64,000 nt of DNA from Thermoplasmata archaeon (GTDB taxonomy: Archaea > Thermoplasmatota > Thermoplasmata > Lutacidiplasmatales > UBA184), in NCBI GenBank assembly GCA_022750155.1, contig JAKIWG010000001.1, positions 81,138 through 145,137 of the forward strand. Direction: 5' to 3'. The notes under the pieces are model-generated. The model searched no databases. It was not told the DNA's origin and worked only from the letters and a program-made list of their open reading frames with translations. Each line of letters starts with the position of its first letter. Within the stretch, counting starts at the first letter, position 1. Made by a program: the position numbers and the translations under genes. Below, in pieces: positions 45,972 to 54,775 of this stretch.

Positions 45972-46005
45972 CCAACGCCTCCCCGTCGCACGGGGGCGGG
46001 CGATA

Positions 46006-46998
46006 TTAAAGGGTTGTCGAACCGGCGGCCGTCGCCCCGGTGGGGGCGGGGGCGCCGACGTGGTGGTCGGCGAGGAACCTCTCGGCGTCCAGGGCCGCCA
46101 TGCACCCCAGTCCTGCGGCGGTCACCGCCTGCCGATACCGGTGGTCGTAGGCGTCCCCGGCCGCGAAGACCCCGGCGACGCTCGTCCGCGTGACTTCGGA
46201 GGTCTTGAGGTACCCTTTCGGGTCGAGGTCGACGTGGCCCCGGAACACCTCGGTGGCCGGCGTGTGCCCGATGGCGAGGAACAGCCCGTTGGCCTTGAGC
46301 TGGGAGATCGCGCCCGTCTTGCGGTGCCTCAGCCGCAACCCTTCGACGGTCTCTCCCCCGAGCACGTCGACGACCTCGGTGTCGAACACGAAGGAGATCT
46401 TCGGGTTCGCCTTCGCGCGGTCGACCATGATCCGGCTCGCCCTCAGCTCGCCGCGCCGGTGGATCACCGTCACCTGGGTCGCGAAGGTCGTCAGGAACAG
46501 CGCCTCCTCCATCGCCGAATCGCCACCGCCGATCACGGCGACCTCCTTCCCCCGGAAGAAGAACCCGTCGCACGTGGCGCACGCCGAGACGCCGTGGCCC
46601 CGCAGCCGCTGCTCGGCCGGGAGGTCGAGCCAGCGGGCGTTCGCCCCCGTCGCGAGGATCACGGCGTCGGCCTCGACGCGCCCGGAGAGGCCGACCTCCA
46701 GGCGGAACGGGTGGACCCGGAAGTCGACGGCCGTGACGTTCGCGTCGACGAAGACCGCGCCGAACCGCTCGGCCTGCGCCCGGAACTTCTCCATCAGCTG
46801 CGGGCCCTGGATCCCCTCGGGGAACCCCGGATAGTTCTCCACGTCCGTCGTGAGCATCAGCTGCCCCCCGGCCGGGACGCCGGAGATGACGACCGGCTTC
46901 AGGCTCGCTCTCGCCGCGTAGATCGCGGCGGTGAGCCCGGCCGGACCGCTCCCGACGATCGCGAGGCGGCTGCGGTGGGCCGCGGAGGCGTCGGTCAT
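46006..46998 (-). CDS. trxB: thioredoxin-disulfide reductase
   Basis: GSGPAG, redox-active CATCDG, GGGDSAMEEA, GVFAAGD. Confidence 0.92.
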   Translation of the reverse strand: MTDASAAHRSRLAIVGSGPAGLTAAIYAARASLKPVVISGVPAGGQLMLTTDVENYPGFPEGIQGPQLMEKFRAQAERFGAVFVDANVTAVDFRVHPFRLEVGLSGRVEADAVILATGANARWLDLPAEQRLRGHGVSACATCDGFFFRGKEVAVIGGGDSAMEEALFLTTFATQVTVIHRRGELRASRIMVDRAKANPKISFVFDTEVVDVLGGETVEGLRLRHRKTGAISQLKANGLFLAIGHTPATEVFRGHVDLDPKGYLKTSEVTRTSVAGVFAAGDAYDHRYRQAVTAAGLGCMAALDAERFLADHHVGAPAPTGATAAGSTTL

Positions 46999-47020
46999 GA
47001 CATCGAACCGGCTCGGACGC

Positions 47021-47566
47021 CTAAATAGGCTCGGGAGGGCCGGGGGAAGCAGGTGGAGCGAGGCGGACCCGCTCCGGGCCGTCCGGTTCGCCGTAGCGGG
47101 AGCGGAAGAACAGGAGGGGGGCGCCGTCCCGTCCGGCCTCGAAGGCGTCGACCGCCCCGATGATCAGCACGTGGTCGGAGACGTCGACGGTCCGCTCGAC
47201 GCGGCAGCCGAACGTGGCGAGGGTCCCGTCCAGGCAGAGCAGTCCGGAAGGGCCGTGGTGGACGGGAAGGCCCTCGAACTTGGCCGACGGCGACGCCGTG
47301 GAGGCGAAGCGCTCGGAGATCGCCCGCTGCTCGGCGGAAAGGAGGTGGACCTCGAACCGCCCGCTCCGCACCACCGCCGGGGTCGTGTCGGCGTCGTGGG
47401 TGAGCGAAACGAGCAGAAGCGGGGGGTGGAGGGAGATGGAGAGGAACGCGTTCACGGTAAGACCGTAGTGCGTCGGACCCTCCTGGGCCGTGACGACGCT
47501 GACCCCGGTGGCCCATCGGGCCATCAGCTGGCGGAACGCCTGGGGGTCGACGGAGGGCTCAGGCAT
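47021..47566 (-). CDS. flavin reductase-like FMN-binding (split-barrel) protein
   Basis: GVSVVTA...GLTVNAFLSISLHPPLLLVSL, typical of the HpaC/NADH:flavin oxidoreductase family. Confidence 0.85.
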   Translation of the reverse strand: MPEPSVDPQAFRQLMARWATGVSVVTAQEGPTHYGLTVNAFLSISLHPPLLLVSLTHDADTTPAVVRSGRFEVHLLSAEQRAISERFASTASPSAKFEGLPVHHGPSGLLCLDGTLATFGCRVERTVDVSDHVLIIGAVDAFEAGRDGAPLLFFRSRYGEPDGPERVRLAPPASPGPPEPI

Positions 47567-47587
47567 CGGAGGCCCCCTGTCGCCCGC

Positions 47588-48691
47588 TCATTCGTCGCGC
47601 CATTTGAACGCCACGATCGCCGCCACGAACAGGAGCGAAGCTCCCACGAAGACGATCGCGAGGTCGACGGCGGCCCGGCCGAGGTTGCCGAACAGAAGGA
47701 CCTGGTTCATCCCGTCGATGACGTAGAAGAGGGGCAGGATGTGCGCGAACGTCTTGAGCGCCGGGCTGAACGAGGAGACCGGGAAGAACGTTCCGGATAG
47801 GAACATCATCGGGAACGTGATGATGTTGCCGATCACCCCGGCCGACTCGGGGGTCTTGGCGACCGATCCCGCGAGCATCCCCAGCGACACGAAGAACAGC
47901 GGGCCGACGAACAGGAATGGGAGGACCGCGATGTTCAGCGTCACGTGGGCATGGAAGACGACGGTACCGAACCCGATCATCATCGCCGCCGAGACGAACG
48001 TGAGGGCGATGTAGAACAGGATCTTCGACAGCAGCCACTCGCCCTTGGTGAGCGGGGTCAGCGAGAGCTGCCGGAACAGCCGCTCCTTCTTGTACGTCGA
48101 GCTGATCTCGACCATCGCGAACATCGGACTCGTGACGATGGTGAATCCGATCAGCCCGGGGATCAGGTAGTCGATGTTGTTGAACAGCGTGCTGCCGAGA
48201 CCGTTCGCATGGACCCCGATGAATGGTCTTCCCCCGGCCGCCCGCAGGTTGAACGCATTGGCGACCCCCTGGACGCTCCCCTCGGTGACCCCCGAGGAGA
48301 GCTGGTCCTCCGGGTTGACGAAGACCGTGACGTTGAGCGGCGTCTTGTTGGCGTAGGCGGCGCCGAACCCGGCCGGGATCACGAGCCCCGCGGGGTCCCC
48401 GTTCTGACCGAGCCACTGGGAGAAGTTGCCGACGACCGACGGGTCGATGACCTGGACGGTCACCGCCCCGGTCCCGTTGAGCGCCGCCAGGAACGCGACG
48501 CTGGCGTTCGACTGGTGGTCGAGGTTCTCCGCGTAGACCGTGATCGTCGGCGCCGCGGAGTTCGAGTAGATCAGGCCGAAGATCCCGATCAAGATCAGCG
48601 GGAAGATCAGCGAGAAGAACAATCCGAACGGGTTGCGCAGGTATCCCCGGGAGAACACGCCGAAATCCGCCGCCACCCGCCGCGGGTTCAC
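47588..48691 (-). CDS. ABC-2-type exporter permease
   Basis: 367 aa. N-terminal TM segment, large extracytoplasmic loop, then 5 TM segments. The start overlaps the ATPase stop (GTGA). Confidence 0.8.
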   Translation of the reverse strand: MNPRRVAADFGVFSRGYLRNPFGLFFSLIFPLILIGIFGLIYSNSAAPTITVYAENLDHQSNASVAFLAALNGTGAVTVQVIDPSVVGNFSQWLGQNGDPAGLVIPAGFGAAYANKTPLNVTVFVNPEDQLSSGVTEGSVQGVANAFNLRAAGGRPFIGVHANGLGSTLFNNIDYLIPGLIGFTIVTSPMFAMVEISSTYKKERLFRQLSLTPLTKGEWLLSKILFYIALTFVSAAMMIGFGTVVFHAHVTLNIAVLPFLFVGPLFFVSLGMLAGSVAKTPESAGVIGNIITFPMMFLSGTFFPVSSFSPALKTFAHILPLFYVIDGMNQVLLFGNLGRAAVDLAIVFVGASLLFVAAIVAFKWRDE

Positions 48692-49620
48692 GGGGACCTC
48701 CGCGCGGCGACCTCGCCCTCGTCCATCTGGCCCACCATCTGGATGAACACGTCCTCGAGCGTGTCGTGGACCGTCCCGAAATCCTTCCAGGGGATGCCGC
48801 TCTCTTCGATCGCGGTGAGGACCCGCAGCGCGTCGTGCGGGGTGCGCAGCTCGATCTCGAGGGTGCCCCGGTCGGTCGTGACCGGGACCTGGAGGTTGCT
48901 GCGGAGATAATCGGCGAGCGACGGCGGTCCGTCCACGCGCAGCCGCTCCGGACGCCCGTGCGCGGTGATGATGTCCGAGGAGGTCCCCTCGGCGATGATC
49001 TTCCCGTGGTGGATGATCGCCACCTGGTCGGCGAGCAGCTCGGCCTCTTCCAGGTAGTGGGTCGTGAGAAAGACGGTCCGGCCCTCGGAACGCAGGTTCC
49101 GGATGACCTCCCAGATCCCCCGGCGGGCGCTCGGGTCGAGGCCCGTCGTCGGCTCGTCCAGGAAGAGGACCTTGGGCTCGCTCACGAGCGCAAGGGCGAG
49201 CCCGAGCTTCTGCTTCTGTCCTCCCGACAGGGTGTCAAAGTTCGCCTCGGCCTTGTCCGAGAGCTTCACCCGAGCGAGCATCTCGGTCGGGTCGGGATGG
49301 GTGCCGAACAACACCCCGTAGTATCGGATCGCCTCGGCGGGCCGCGTCTTCTCGAAGAACCGGAACTCCTGGGGGATCACGCCGATCTGCTGGTGGAGCT
49401 CCCGTCCCTGCGACCAGGGGTCGAGCCCCAGGACGCTGACCTCTCCGTCGGTGCGTCGCCGCAACCCTTCCAGGATCTCCACGGTCGTCGTCTTTCCCGC
49501 GCCGTTCGGCCCGAGGAAGGCGAACACCTGCCCCGAAGGAACGGAGAAGTCGACGCCGTCCACGGCCGCGAGCTCGCCGTACCGCTTCACGAGCCCGCGT
49601 ACGCGGATGGCATCGCTCAT
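48688..49620 (-). CDS. ABC transporter ATP-binding protein (DrrA/CcmA-like)
   Basis: Walker A GPNGAGKTT, signature LSGGQKQKL, Walker B LFLDEPTTGLD. Confidence 0.9.
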   Translation of the reverse strand: MSDAIRVRGLVKRYGELAAVDGVDFSVPSGQVFAFLGPNGAGKTTTVEILEGLRRRTDGEVSVLGLDPWSQGRELHQQIGVIPQEFRFFEKTRPAEAIRYYGVLFGTHPDPTEMLARVKLSDKAEANFDTLSGGQKQKLGLALALVSEPKVLFLDEPTTGLDPSARRGIWEVIRNLRSEGRTVFLTTHYLEEAELLADQVAIIHHGKIIAEGTSSDIITAHGRPERLRVDGPPSLADYLRSNLQVPVTTDRGTLEIELRTPHDALRVLTAIEESGIPWKDFGTVHDTLEDVFIQMVGQMDEGEVAARRSP

Positions 49621-49645
49621 TTTCGCCCGGCCGAGGGGCAGAATG

Positions 49646-51856
49646 TTAAGAGGTCTTGGGCCGCGCGGCGCCCCACGGGATCGAGGCGGTGGTCGAGGGG
49701 AGCACCACCACGCGCGCGACGGGTGCCACGACCTCGATCGGGCGGGTCCCTCGCCACCTCACTCCCAGCTCGGTCGGATGCCACTCGAGGTCGAGGAGTC
49801 CGTCCCCGACCCGCAGGGAATGGAGGGAAGCCTGTTCCCATCCGGCGGGGAATCGCGGGTCGATGGCGATCGACTGGGCGCCGGGACCGATGCGGAGTCC
49901 CCACAGCCGCTCGAAGACCGTCGTCAGGAACGGGGCGACGCTGAACCCGAGGAGAAAGCACGAGTTGAACGGTTCCGCGCGGTCGCCCCGATAGCATTCG
50001 TTCGCCAGGCCCTGTTCCGACAGCAGGTGACGAGCGAGGATGTTCAGGTACCGGATCCCGAGGTCGGACTCCCCCACCGAAAGCGCGGCGTCCGCCGCCC
50101 ACGCCGTGGCGATCGACCAGACCTGCCCGTCGTGATACGCCTGGGGGTCGTATTCCGGTGCCCCCGAGGAGAGCGTCCGGACCCCCCAGGGGGTCGACAG
50201 GTCCTCCCTCGCGGCCCGGCGGACGGCCCGGATCGCCCACTCGGGCGGGAGCAGCCCCGCGCTCACCGCCCGCAACGCGTTCGGCCGAAGTTTCTTCACC
50301 GGGGTCCCGTCGACCCGCAGGGAGTCGAACAGGTACCCTTCCTCGGCCCATCGGTACGCGCCGAGACGACCACGGACCTGGGCGGCCTCGGCCCGGAGGC
50401 CGCCGGCGGACGCCGGGGCGTCGACCCCCGAGGAGAGGTCGGCCGCCGCCTCCAGGGCCGAGATCCACAGCGCCTGCAGGTCGATCGCGTGGTCCCGCCG
50501 GTCGGTCGAGTCCCAGATGGTCGTATCGATCGCGTCGATCCCGAAGTGGATCGAACCGAACCGATGGGTCACCCCATCGATCGCCTCGACCTCCCCGCCG
50601 TGTCGGAACAGCCCAGTGGTCCCATCGCATTTGGCCCGTCCCCACCGGATCGCGGCGTCCACTCCCTGGGAGAGTTCCATCGCGAGCGAAGGGTCGCCGG
50701 CGTGGCGGGTCCACTGATCGATGACCGACGGGTAGTACAGGGTGGTGTCCGAGGTACCGAACAGGAAGATGGGGCCGGGTGAGACCTGCATCGGGATCTC
50801 TCCCTTCGACGCGCCCAGGATCCGCAGGGTCCGGGGGGCCTGGTATCGGAACACCGTCCTCAGCGAGCGGGCGGCCCAATCGAAATCCCCCAGCCAGAGC
50901 ACGGCGGGGAGCATCCAGGCGAGGTCCCGGCACCAGATCGCCCCGTACCAGGGATACCCGGCCACCAATCCGGTCATGGCGGGGTCGGGCGAGGTGTAGA
51001 GCCGGCGCAGGGCGGCCGTCGCGAGGGCGCAGCCTCGCTCGAGCTCCGGCGCCTGGGGAAAGCGTAGGACGGGCGTCCCGGCGATCCACGCATTCCACGG
51101 CCGGTCGCACGATTCGACCCACCCGTCCCCCTCGCGGAGCCAACGCACCCCGAACTGGGGGTCGTGCTCGATGGTGGCTTCCAGCCCGCCCCAGATCACC
51201 CATCGGAAGACGGCCGGGACCCCGGGGCGCGCTACCCCCTCGTGGTCGCTCATCACCGAGGAGAGCTCCCCCTCCCACTGACCCCCGAGCCAGGAGGCAC
51301 GGTTGAGGGACAGGTGCGAGGGGAGGGGCAGGGCGTCGAGGGCGAGCCCGTACCGATGGCTCGACACGTACGCGCCTTCACCGCTCGTCCGGACCTGGTA
51401 GTCGTACGGTTTGACGCCCTCGACGAGCACGGGCGCTAGGTACGGACGGAACTCCGATTCCACCAACACCCGGACGTCGGAGTCCCCCGTGGTGGAGACC
51501 GATAGCTCACGGCCGATGGCGGGGCCCGCCGGCGAGACCACTACCGACTCACGGACCGACAGCGGCGGGAAGGCGTGGAGGACCTCCCATCGTCCGGGCA
51601 ACGCACGAACGGTCGCCCCGGGAGCGGGCAACGTGACGACCTGACCTGGGGTCGCAATCCGCAGGGTCCACGGACCTGTGAGTCGGATTCCCGCGGCGTA
51701 CGCTCCCCCCCACTCCATGACCGCTCCCCGGCTTTCCCAGGACAACTCCATCCGGCCACTGGAGTCGCCGATGACCGCCGCGGCGAGTCCGGTCGCGAGG
51801 ATCGGCGAAGGCCGCTCGGGGCCGGGTTCCCCGAGGGTCGCGGGCCGCCCACTCAC
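49646..51856 (-). CDS. amylo-alpha-1,6-glucosidase / glycogen-debranching-enzyme-like (six-hairpin glycosidase) protein
   Basis: GTG 51856 within the chimeric ORF 49646..52675. GYPWYGAIWCRD, RPNALRAVS, YHDGQVWSIATAW resemble the GDE_C family. Confidence 0.75.
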   Translation of the reverse strand: MSGRPATLGEPGPERPSPILATGLAAAVIGDSSGRMELSWESRGAVMEWGGAYAAGIRLTGPWTLRIATPGQVVTLPAPGATVRALPGRWEVLHAFPPLSVRESVVVSPAGPAIGRELSVSTTGDSDVRVLVESEFRPYLAPVLVEGVKPYDYQVRTSGEGAYVSSHRYGLALDALPLPSHLSLNRASWLGGQWEGELSSVMSDHEGVARPGVPAVFRWVIWGGLEATIEHDPQFGVRWLREGDGWVESCDRPWNAWIAGTPVLRFPQAPELERGCALATAALRRLYTSPDPAMTGLVAGYPWYGAIWCRDLAWMLPAVLWLGDFDWAARSLRTVFRYQAPRTLRILGASKGEIPMQVSPGPIFLFGTSDTTLYYPSVIDQWTRHAGDPSLAMELSQGVDAAIRWGRAKCDGTTGLFRHGGEVEAIDGVTHRFGSIHFGIDAIDTTIWDSTDRRDHAIDLQALWISALEAAADLSSGVDAPASAGGLRAEAAQVRGRLGAYRWAEEGYLFDSLRVDGTPVKKLRPNALRAVSAGLLPPEWAIRAVRRAAREDLSTPWGVRTLSSGAPEYDPQAYHDGQVWSIATAWAADAALSVGESDLGIRYLNILARHLLSEQGLANECYRGDRAEPFNSCFLLGFSVAPFLTTVFERLWGLRIGPGAQSIAIDPRFPAGWEQASLHSLRVGDGLLDLEWHPTELGVRWRGTRPIEVVAPVARVVVLPSTTASIPWGAARPKTS

Positions 51857-52329
51857 GGTGCCGGTCCCGGGAGCAGCACGTCGCTGAACTCGAACCAGAC
51901 CTTCGGGGGGATCGCGATACTCTGGAGTTCCAGCCGGATCCGGTGCCGGTGAGAATCGCCGGCCGTCGGATGGAGTAGGAATTCGCATCGAGCCCCCACC
52001 GGGATCGTCAGCGGCCGATCTCGGTCGACCTCGGCCGAGGGCCGGGGTGGGAGGCCGTCCGGGACGACCGTGACCTGCCCGGCGGGGATTTCGGTCCCAT
52101 CCCACAGGACCCGTACCGCCGAGAACGCCCCCATTCGGAGCGGCGGATTGCGGAGCGTGAAGGCGGCCCTCCCCCCCTCGATGCGGAGCGAGCCGGGCTC
52201 GTACACGGAGTGGAGGAGCAGCTCTCCCAACCGGGCGAGCTCGACGACCGCGTGAAATCCGTACCCGATGCCTAGGGAGATTCCCTGGTCGAGGAGGGAG
52301 AGGTCGGCACGGGTCGCACTCCGGAGCAT
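51853..52329 (-). CDS. hypothetical protein, translationally coupled to the GDE-like gene
   Basis: 158-aa ORF whose stop overlaps the downstream GTG (GTGA). Beta-rich-looking sequence, no motif recognised. Confidence 0.5.
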   Translation of the reverse strand: MLRSATRADLSLLDQGISLGIGYGFHAVVELARLGELLLHSVYEPGSLRIEGGRAAFTLRNPPLRMGAFSAVRVLWDGTEIPAGQVTVVPDGLPPRPSAEVDRDRPLTIPVGARCEFLLHPTAGDSHRHRIRLELQSIAIPPKVWFEFSDVLLPGPAP

Positions 52330-52427
52330 CCCTGCCCCCGAGGGCCCCCCGGTCCTTAGACGTTCGGGGGACGGGGGGTTTCCGCCGGCTCATTAGGCGG
52401 AAGCGCTGATGCGGCGCGGAGGCGAAG

Positions 52428-53618
52428 TTGGACGCGGTCGTCTTGGGAGGCGGGGGGTTGACGGGCCGCTGCACGGTCCGCGACCTCGCCCGGGGCCGGA
52501 AGTTCCAGCGCATCCGGGTGGCGGACCTCGACCTCGAACTGGCCGAGGCGGCCGCGAGCTCCGCGGAGGGCACCCCCACCACCGCAGAGCGGGTGGACGT
52601 GCGCGACCCCTCCTCGCTCCGCCGGCTGCTCGAGGGGGCCGCGGTGTGCGTGAACGCCGTCCAGTACACGTTCAACGTCGAGGTGATGGAATCCTGCCTC
52701 GCCGCCGGGGTCCCCTACCTCGATTTCGGCGGCTTGTTCCACATGACGAGAAAGCAGCTCGCGCTCGACTCACGGTTCCGCGACGCCGGGCTCCTCGCGA
52801 TCCCCGGCCTGGGTCAGGTGCCGGGGGTCTCGAACGTGTTGGCGATGGAGGCGACCCGAGACCTCGACCGGGTCGAATCGATCGTCATACGGGACGGCTG
52901 GCGGGACCTGACCGTCGGGGGACCTGAGGTCCTCTTCACCTGGTCCCCGAGCACCTTCCTCGATGAGATGCAGATGAACGCGGTCGTGTTCGAGGGGGGG
53001 GAGTACCGGGAGCATCCGCCCATGAGCGGGGCGGAGCGTTTCGATTTCGAGGCGCCGGTGGGGCCGACGACGGTCTACCGGACCCTGCACTCGGAGGCCG
53101 CGACGCTTCCGCAGAGCCTCCGGGAAAAGGGGTTGCGCCACTGCGAGTGGAAGGAGGGGGGGCCCGGCATCGACCTGCTTCGCACCATGGCGCTCCTCGG
53201 GCTGGGCGGAGAACGCCCCGTCGACGTCCGAGGACACGCGGTGGTGCCCCGCGAGTTCCTGCTGGCCCTCCTGAAGCGGGAGAAGCTCCTCGGGGTTCCG
53301 CCGGGGGTCCTCGTCGACGATTGGGAGGTGGTCGACCTCGAGATCCACGGAATGAAAGGCGCGACCCCAGAAGTCCGACACGCGATCGGGCGATTCCCCC
53401 CGAAACCGGAGTGGGGGCTGACCGCGACGGAGTACGCCGTCGGGGTATGCGGGGCGATCGGCGCGGAGATGATCATCGCCCACGAGACGGTCGGGGTAGG
53501 GGTGGTCCCCCCGGAGCTCTGCCTGGTCGGATCCCGGTTCCGTGCCGAGCTGCGGGAGCGAGGGATCGAGACCACGATCCGCCCGGTAGAGCCCGCACTC
53601 CCCCCGTTCCGCACCTAG
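52428..53618 (+). CDS. saccharopine dehydrogenase-family NAD(P)-binding oxidoreductase
   Basis: N-terminal Rossmann VVLGGGGLTG, YLDFGG and GLGQVPGVSN, typical of the Sacchrp_dh family. TTG start with GGAGG-like sequence upstream. Confidence 0.75.
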   Translation: MDAVVLGGGGLTGRCTVRDLARGRKFQRIRVADLDLELAEAAASSAEGTPTTAERVDVRDPSSLRRLLEGAAVCVNAVQYTFNVEVMESCLAAGVPYLDFGGLFHMTRKQLALDSRFRDAGLLAIPGLGQVPGVSNVLAMEATRDLDRVESIVIRDGWRDLTVGGPEVLFTWSPSTFLDEMQMNAVVFEGGEYREHPPMSGAERFDFEAPVGPTTVYRTLHSEAATLPQSLREKGLRHCEWKEGGPGIDLLRTMALLGLGGERPVDVRGHAVVPREFLLALLKREKLLGVPPGVLVDDWEVVDLEIHGMKGATPEVRHAIGRFPPKPEWGLTATEYAVGVCGAIGAEMIIAHETVGVGVVPPELCLVGSRFRAELRERGIETTIRPVEPALPPFRT

Positions 53619-53689
53619 GCTGCCCGCGCCGCGGTCGTAGGGCCCCGGTCGGGGGGTCCATCGGGACCGGGGCGCCGAACCCAACGGGG

Positions 53690-53944
53690 ATGAGCGGGGG
53701 AGCGCTGGACGTGGGGATGCCGTACGTCGAGTACGATGAGGTCGAAGCGGCGTGCGCGGAATGCGGGCGTCTGTTCCGGTCGGAGGAGGCGCTCGAGGCC
53801 CATCGGACCGACGCCCACCCCGGAGAGGCGGTGACGACCACCATCCCGAGTTCCGCGCCGACCATCCGGTGCACCGTGTGCCGGATGTCGTTCGCGACCC
53901 TCTCAGCGCTCCAACGGCACAACCGCCAAGCCCACACCAACTGA
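53690..53944 (+). CDS. small protein with two C2H2 zinc fingers
   Basis: CAECGRLFRSEEALEAHRTDAH and CTVCRMSFATLSALQRHNRQAH. Start is ATG 53690 or ATG 53717. Confidence 0.65.
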   Translation: MSGGALDVGMPYVEYDEVEAACAECGRLFRSEEALEAHRTDAHPGEAVTTTIPSSAPTIRCTVCRMSFATLSALQRHNRQAHTN

Positions 53945-54175
53945 ATCGGGGAACGCGCGGGCCCTGACGCCGGCGACGACCGTTGTCGATGTGCGCAACG
54001 GCGCACAACGAATATCCGGTCGAATACGCGTTCCCCAGGTGTTATACGTCATCCGGGGCGAACGAAGGTCGCCCCCGAAGGCCCGGTGAGGGGCGGGGTG
54101 TTTCGGGGGCGCCCTAGGGCGGCCATCGAGGCCTACCGCTCATCAGGCGAGTCGGGGTATGGGCTCGGAGTCCCA

Positions 54176-54496
54176 GTGTCCGAGGTGGAGTCGGTCGTAG
54201 CCGATCTGAAGGCGGAAGGCGCGACGTATCGCGAGACGGTTCGGGCCGCCACGATGAGCGTCGGAGTGTACGTCCTGGCCGCCGGGGCCGAGGATCGCCA
54301 GACACCGCATACCGAGGACGAGGTCTACTTCGTCGTCCGGGGCCGTGGGAGTTTCCGTGCGGGCTCGATCGAGCACGCCGTCGAACTGGGGACGACGCGG
54401 TTCGTCCCCGCAGGGGAGCCCCACCGGTTCCACCACATCGAGGAGGAGTTGGTGCTCCTGGTCGTCTTTGCGCCCCCCGAACGACCCACGGGTTAG
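54176..54496 (+). CDS. cupin-domain protein
   Basis: PHTEDEVYFVVRGRG ... VPAGEPHRF (cupin motifs 1 and 2). The start is uncertain (GTG 54086 or GTG 54176). Confidence 0.7.
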   Translation: MSEVESVVADLKAEGATYRETVRAATMSVGVYVLAAGAEDRQTPHTEDEVYFVVRGRGSFRAGSIEHAVELGTTRFVPAGEPHRFHHIEEELVLLVVFAPPERPTG

Positions 54497-54725
54497 GTAC
54501 CCTCGAGGGACGTCCCACGGCCGTTCGGCAGCGGGAGGGCCCCGCGCGCCGGCCCGGAGGCCCCGGGACGCAGTCCGGAGGGGCAAATGGTAGGATTCTA
54601 CCCAAACATAGTGGAATTTCTACTATCAATTGACCACTAAGAGCGATGGTTGGAGCTATTCATACAACAAGCTACAACTGGGTGTACATTATATGCGAAC
54701 TGTAATGAGTTCTCCCAACTCGGCA

Positions 54726-54736
54726 TTTATTTATAG
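54726..54736 (+). promoter_or_regulatory. TATA box (TTTATTTATAG) about 40 nt upstream of the aminotransferase ATG
   Basis: Strong archaeal-type TATA sequence inside the AT-rich island. Confidence 0.5.
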
Positions 54737-54775
54737 CCCGCTCTGGCTGGGCGAACCCACTAGGATGTGTAAATT

